Origin: Candidatus Thalassarchaeum sp.
GTDB taxonomy: Archaea > Thermoplasmatota > Poseidoniia > Poseidoniales > Thalassarchaeaceae
Length of the DNA stretch: 36,558 nt
Direction: 5' to 3'
Assembly: GCA_965658085.1 (NCBI GenBank)
Contig: CBFHQW010000003.1
Span: forward strand, 1-36,558
The translations under genes and the position numbers were made by a program. A model generated the notes under the pieces. It worked only from the letters and a program-made list of their open reading frames with translations, ran no database searches and had not been told where the DNA came from. This document shows, piece after piece, positions 33,765-36,558 of this stretch; position 1 is the stretch's first letter; each line of letters begins with the position of its first letter.

Positions 33765-34511
33765 TCAGTCGTTAGTCACTCGGGGCGCTAGGAAGTAAGT
33801 CCAACTCGCCCCACCGTCATTAGAATTCCAGTCTAACCTAAGGGGATATTTATCCTGAAATTGAACTCGGATGTCTTGAGTCAATCCAGCGGCGAGTTTT
33901 CTCGTCAGAGGATCTAGGAATTGTAGGCTATATGTTCCCTGGGTGGGTGAGGGGCAGACCAACTCGCTGAGTTCACCGGACTCAAAGCGTACATTGACTC
34001 CTTCGCCCGCCTCAACAGTCACGCTTACCCTCATCTCCTTACTGTCAAGGCTCAAATCTACTAACTCGCCCACGAACTTGGCCGCTCTGAGCGCCCTAGA
34101 GAGCTTCTCTGCGCCGATAGCGGCACTGCAGTCGAAATCCAAAACTGGAAGTTTAGGGTCTTGCATGGAACCGGTGTCGAGGCCACGCAGTATTCTGTGG
34201 ACCTCCCCGACTCTTACATTGACTGCTCCGACCGCATCATCGTAGTCAATCTCGACTAGGTCGCCCGGGCCAGCGAGAGTTAGGAGGTCACGCAGTTTAC
34301 CTAGCTCTAGTCCAATTTCGACTGGCTCGACTTCGTAGGTCTCGAAGCAGGCATCTGAGATGGTAGCGCTAAGTAGGGCAACGTGAGAACCGTCGACAAC
34401 GTTCACTGTCAGTCCCTTCTCGCCCCAGCTCATCTTCGCTTCTTCGGTCAGGACTGAAAGCAAATCGACAATCTCTCTCATAAGTTGAGTATTTGCCGTT
34501 ACTCTCAGCAT
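33765..34511 (-). CDS. pcn: DNA polymerase sliding clamp PCNA
   Basis: 248 aa. The length and the N-terminal pattern (...LMREIVDLLSVLTEEAKMSWGEKGLTVNVVDGSHVALLS) fit PCNA, as does the C-terminal YPLRLDW...ASWTYFLAPRV. Confidence 0.9.
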   Translation of the reverse strand: MLRVTANTQLMREIVDLLSVLTEEAKMSWGEKGLTVNVVDGSHVALLSATISDACFETYEVEPVEIGLELGKLRDLLTLAGPGDLVEIDYDDAVGAVNVRVGEVHRILRGLDTGSMQDPKLPVLDFDCSAAIGAEKLSRALRAAKFVGELVDLSLDSKEMRVSVTVEAGEGVNVRFESGELSELVCPSPTQGTYSLQFLDPLTRKLAAGLTQDIRVQFQDKYPLRLDWNSNDGGASWTYFLAPRVTND

Positions 34512-34569
34512 GGAATCACCTCGTTACACATCTCCTATAAATCGAGGGTCTTTCATTCATTCGGGAGGC

Positions 34570-34959
34570 TTATTGGTATTCTCGGAAACGCTTGTCACAA
34601 TTTTTGCATTGGCAAATTTTAGTTTCTGGCTCATCACTTGACCTAGTCTGCTTGAGTTCGACGAATATCTCGTTGCAATCGCACTCAGGGCAGCGAATGT
34701 CCCCTACTCTAAGGGTACCCCGAGCAATTTCCGGCTCCACTACTTCGGTGAGATGTTTCAACGACTTCTCTGAACCCGACGCAGTGGCGCTGGTCAAATC
34801 CACAGTATCTCCGGTCATTGGATCGACGAACTTACCGCCGGAACCGTCTCTGCCAGTCAGAGGCCCCTCGTATTTGCACTGGTAGTTGTCACATCTGATA
34901 TTTCCGGAAGAATCAGGGTACGACAGTGCACCGCACTCAGGACAAAACATCGCTATCAA
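34570..34959 (-). CDS. tfs: Transcription factor S (TFS) / RNA polymerase subunit M-like
   Basis: N-terminal zinc ribbon FCPECG...CDNYQC. C-terminal TFIIS-type ribbon CPECDCNEIFVELKQTRSSDEPETKICQCKNCDKRF, including the acidic SDE hairpin. Confidence 0.85.
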   Translation of the reverse strand: MIAMFCPECGALSYPDSSGNIRCDNYQCKYEGPLTGRDGSGGKFVDPMTGDTVDLTSATASGSEKSLKHLTEVVEPEIARGTLRVGDIRCPECDCNEIFVELKQTRSSDEPETKICQCKNCDKRFREYQ

Positions 34960-35114
34960 ACACCTATCCGGTTAAACGCCAACCGAACAGCGACATCCAA
35001 ACCGTCTATTGAAGTATCGCTTATGCGCACTAGTGGAAAAGCTCGGACTCAGCCCTTGTTGGGCGAATGGAATGGGACCGCACCGTTGAAGCGAAGCGGC
35101 GCTATGGGGTGTTC

Positions 35115-36116
35115 ATGCGTATTCACTATGATTGGAGACTTGCTAGGGTCGTCGATTCCGACGGTGAAGTCTTCGACGAGTTGGGTTGGTCACCAAAGAG
35201 GTCCGTCCGCGCTTTGGCAGACCGACTTTCAGACCTACAATCGGGAAGGATGAGTCCAGAGGCGAGAGCCCTCAGTAAGAGATTCCCGGATGCCGAGACG
35301 GATGGAATGGCGGCGATGTCAGATCCTGACTGGCCCGCACTTGAGGTTGAGGAGCAGGAGATGCTCTCCGAGGCAGCGGCCATACTGGCCAAGCGAGGAG
35401 TGGCCGATGCCGCTGCCGACCTCGACCGACGACTCGACATGCTGTCTTCAGCAGCGATTGAACTGAGGTCCTCATGGACCACCAGTGAGGCGAGATGTAT
35501 CGAATGGGCAGGGCTGTTTTTGGCCGAGGCGGATTTAGATGAACAGAGGCAAGAAATTCCCGTAGCTGTAGCTAAGGCAGAATCGATTGATGCAGCCGCT
35601 GCCACACTTGATGTTGCGACCCCTGCGCACCAGCCCGAGCAGGTCGAGTGGGTGGCTTTGAACGGTCATGCAGCTGGTGTTGTTGCTCTAGCAGAGAGAC
35701 TGGGGGTGGCTGAGACGGCCACACGTGAACTCGCGCGTCAGTACGTACCCACTCTGAGTATGCTAGTCGGTCCGTTGGGAGCAGCTAGATTGGTGGTGCT
35801 AGCAGGAGGTCGCGAGAGACTGGCCAGAATGCCGAGCGGCAGTCTGCAAGTCCTCGGGGCTAGAGGTGCTATGGCCGCTCATCGCAGAGGCGCTCCCTCA
35901 CCCAAGCATTCTCCCGTTTTGTTCTCCCTGCCACAGGTCTCAAGATCTCCTCGATGGGTCAGGGGAAAGATTGCTCGCTACATGGCAGGCAAGTGTTCGA
36001 TTGCGGTTCGCGTTGATCACTTCGATGGCGAGCCGTGGGGCGAGGAAAGGATAGCAGAAATCAACCAAGAGTGCAAGAATATCCGTGAGAGGTTTCCGAA
36101 GCCACCGAGGAGGTGA
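35115..36116 (+). CDS. C/D box sRNP core protein Nop5 (Nop56/58)
   Basis: Nop domain blocks LVGPLGAARLVVLAGGRERLARMPSGSLQVLGA, HRRGAPSPKHSPVLF and RGKIARYMAGKCSIAVRVDHF. I set the start at the ATG at 35115 (MRIHYDWRLARVVDSDGEVF). The track start at 35067 is possible. Confidence 0.85.
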   Translation: MRIHYDWRLARVVDSDGEVFDELGWSPKRSVRALADRLSDLQSGRMSPEARALSKRFPDAETDGMAAMSDPDWPALEVEEQEMLSEAAAILAKRGVADAAADLDRRLDMLSSAAIELRSSWTTSEARCIEWAGLFLAEADLDEQRQEIPVAVAKAESIDAAAATLDVATPAHQPEQVEWVALNGHAAGVVALAERLGVAETATRELARQYVPTLSMLVGPLGAARLVVLAGGRERLARMPSGSLQVLGARGAMAAHRRGAPSPKHSPVLFSLPQVSRSPRWVRGKIARYMAGKCSIAVRVDHFDGEPWGEERIAEINQECKNIRERFPKPPRR

Positions 36117-36120
36117 TGGG

Positions 36121-36558
36121 TTGGCGCGAAAGCCAGTAAAACTCGTCTGGGGAGTAAGACGCGAGGGGCGTTCTCTGTGGACTAGGAACGCCGTCCGTGG
36201 AGTCTCAGTCAGAGGTGAGCGCAGAAAGACGGATTCCCGAATAGAATGGAGGTCATGGGACCCTACACGTTCCAAGGTCGCAGCAGCCCTGCTGCGAACT
36301 GACGGTGACCCCTCGAGGCTGCTTCCGGAGACAGGCTCTACGTGCCTCTATCTGGGTGCGTCGTTCGGCTCTACAGTATCACACATACACGACCAAGTTT
36401 GTGGCTCCCTCAATCACCATGGAGGGCAGGTCGTGGCGGTGGAGATAGCTCCTCGGGCGATGCGCGACCTGTCAGAATTATCTTGCCGAAGGCCCGGACT
36501 CATCCCTGTTCTTGGCGATGCTAGGAAGCCGCAGACAGTAGCCCCCTACATACGCAAT
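36121..36558 (+). CDS. flpA: Fibrillarin (rRNA/tRNA 2'-O-methyltransferase), 3' end runs off the right edge
   Basis: Not in the ORF track (no stop in the window). My translation of the frame starting at the TTG at 36121 gives ...RSLWTRNAVRGVSVRGERR...EWRSWDPTRSKVAAALL...TCLYLGASFGSTVSHIHD...VVAVEIAPRAMRDL...PVLGDARKPQ. These are fibrillarin SAM-binding motifs. The exact start is uncertain (the frame is open upstream to at least 36061, and a GTG at 36085 is also in frame). It lies immediately downstream of Nop5, as is usual in archaea. Confidence 0.85.
   Translation, partial: MARKPVKLVWGVRREGRSLWTRNAVRGVSVRGERRKTDSRIEWRSWDPTRSKVAAALLRTDGDPSRLLPETGSTCLYLGASFGSTVSHIHDQVCGSLNHHGGQVVAVEIAPRAMRDLSELSCRRPGLIPVLGDARKPQTVAPYIRN

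Noticed and set aside
35126-35605. 159-aa minus-strand ORF inside the Nop5 gene (and 35940-36275 on the minus strand)
   Set aside because: They are antisense to Nop5 and fibrillarin, both of which carry strong family motifs. They are Ser/Ala-rich and low-complexity.
1-36558. CRISPR arrays, rRNA genes and IS elements
   Set aside because: I saw no regularly spaced direct repeats of 24-40 nt. The only tandem repeat is the 15/16-nt pair at 19933-19971. I recognised no rRNA-like conserved blocks and no transposase- or Cas-like ORFs.

Overview
This is an archaeal chromosomal segment. Hallmarks are Orc1/Cdc6, PCNA, TFS, Nop5 plus fibrillarin, and archaeal-type PPAT/DUF359 CoA enzymes. The proteome is acidic and the DNA looks moderately GC-rich by eye. 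It resembles an uncultured marine Thermoplasmatota/Euryarchaeota-type genome, but that lineage call is inference only. About 40 tightly packed genes lie on both strands. There are three tRNA-Gly genes (GCC, CCC, UCC), all with encoded CCA. I saw no rRNA, no CRISPR array and no transposase or integrase. Left to right: a PAP2-type membrane enzyme (runs off the left edge, absent from the ORF track), Mrp/ApbC, ArsC-like LMW phosphatase, and tRNA-Gly / ACT-domain gene / tRNA-Gly. Next is a minus-strand acyl-CoA cluster: FAD oxidoreductase, crotonase, BoxB/PaaA-like diiron oxygenase, a 186-aa unknown, and 3-hydroxyacyl-CoA dehydrogenase. Then come MoaE, a CrtI-like flavoprotein plus 2x[4Fe-4S] ferredoxin, and a MoaC-GlpX-class I aldolase operon. 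After that are two small paralogous putative wHTH genes facing an 873-aa HTH-headed orphan protein across an AT-rich spacer. A roughly 300-nt non-coding stretch with extensive long-range complementarity follows (candidate structured RNA, possibly SRP/7S-like). The rest is a fused PPAT-DPCK, a membrane protein, Orc1/Cdc6 with an adjacent AT-rich putative origin, an MBL hydrolase, a CysJ-like FNR-type reductase, biotin carboxylase, a PfkB kinase, a membrane protein with a long Pro/Ser-rich tail, an EF-Tu-like protein with degenerate GTPase motifs, an acyl-CoA thioesterase, an operon of unknown / TBP-fold-like / TatD-like genes, tRNA-Gly, an ABC exporter, a GT2 glycosyltransferase, PCNA, TFS, Nop5 and fibrillarin (runs off the right edge). 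The most unusual items are the orphan wHTH trio at 13195-16599, the structured non-coding region at about 16620-16920, the BoxB-like acyl-CoA oxygenase cluster, the PPAT-DPCK fusion, the pseudo-GTPase EF-Tu-like gene and the TBP-like two-repeat protein. All family assignments come from motif recognition by eye and memory. No searches were run.
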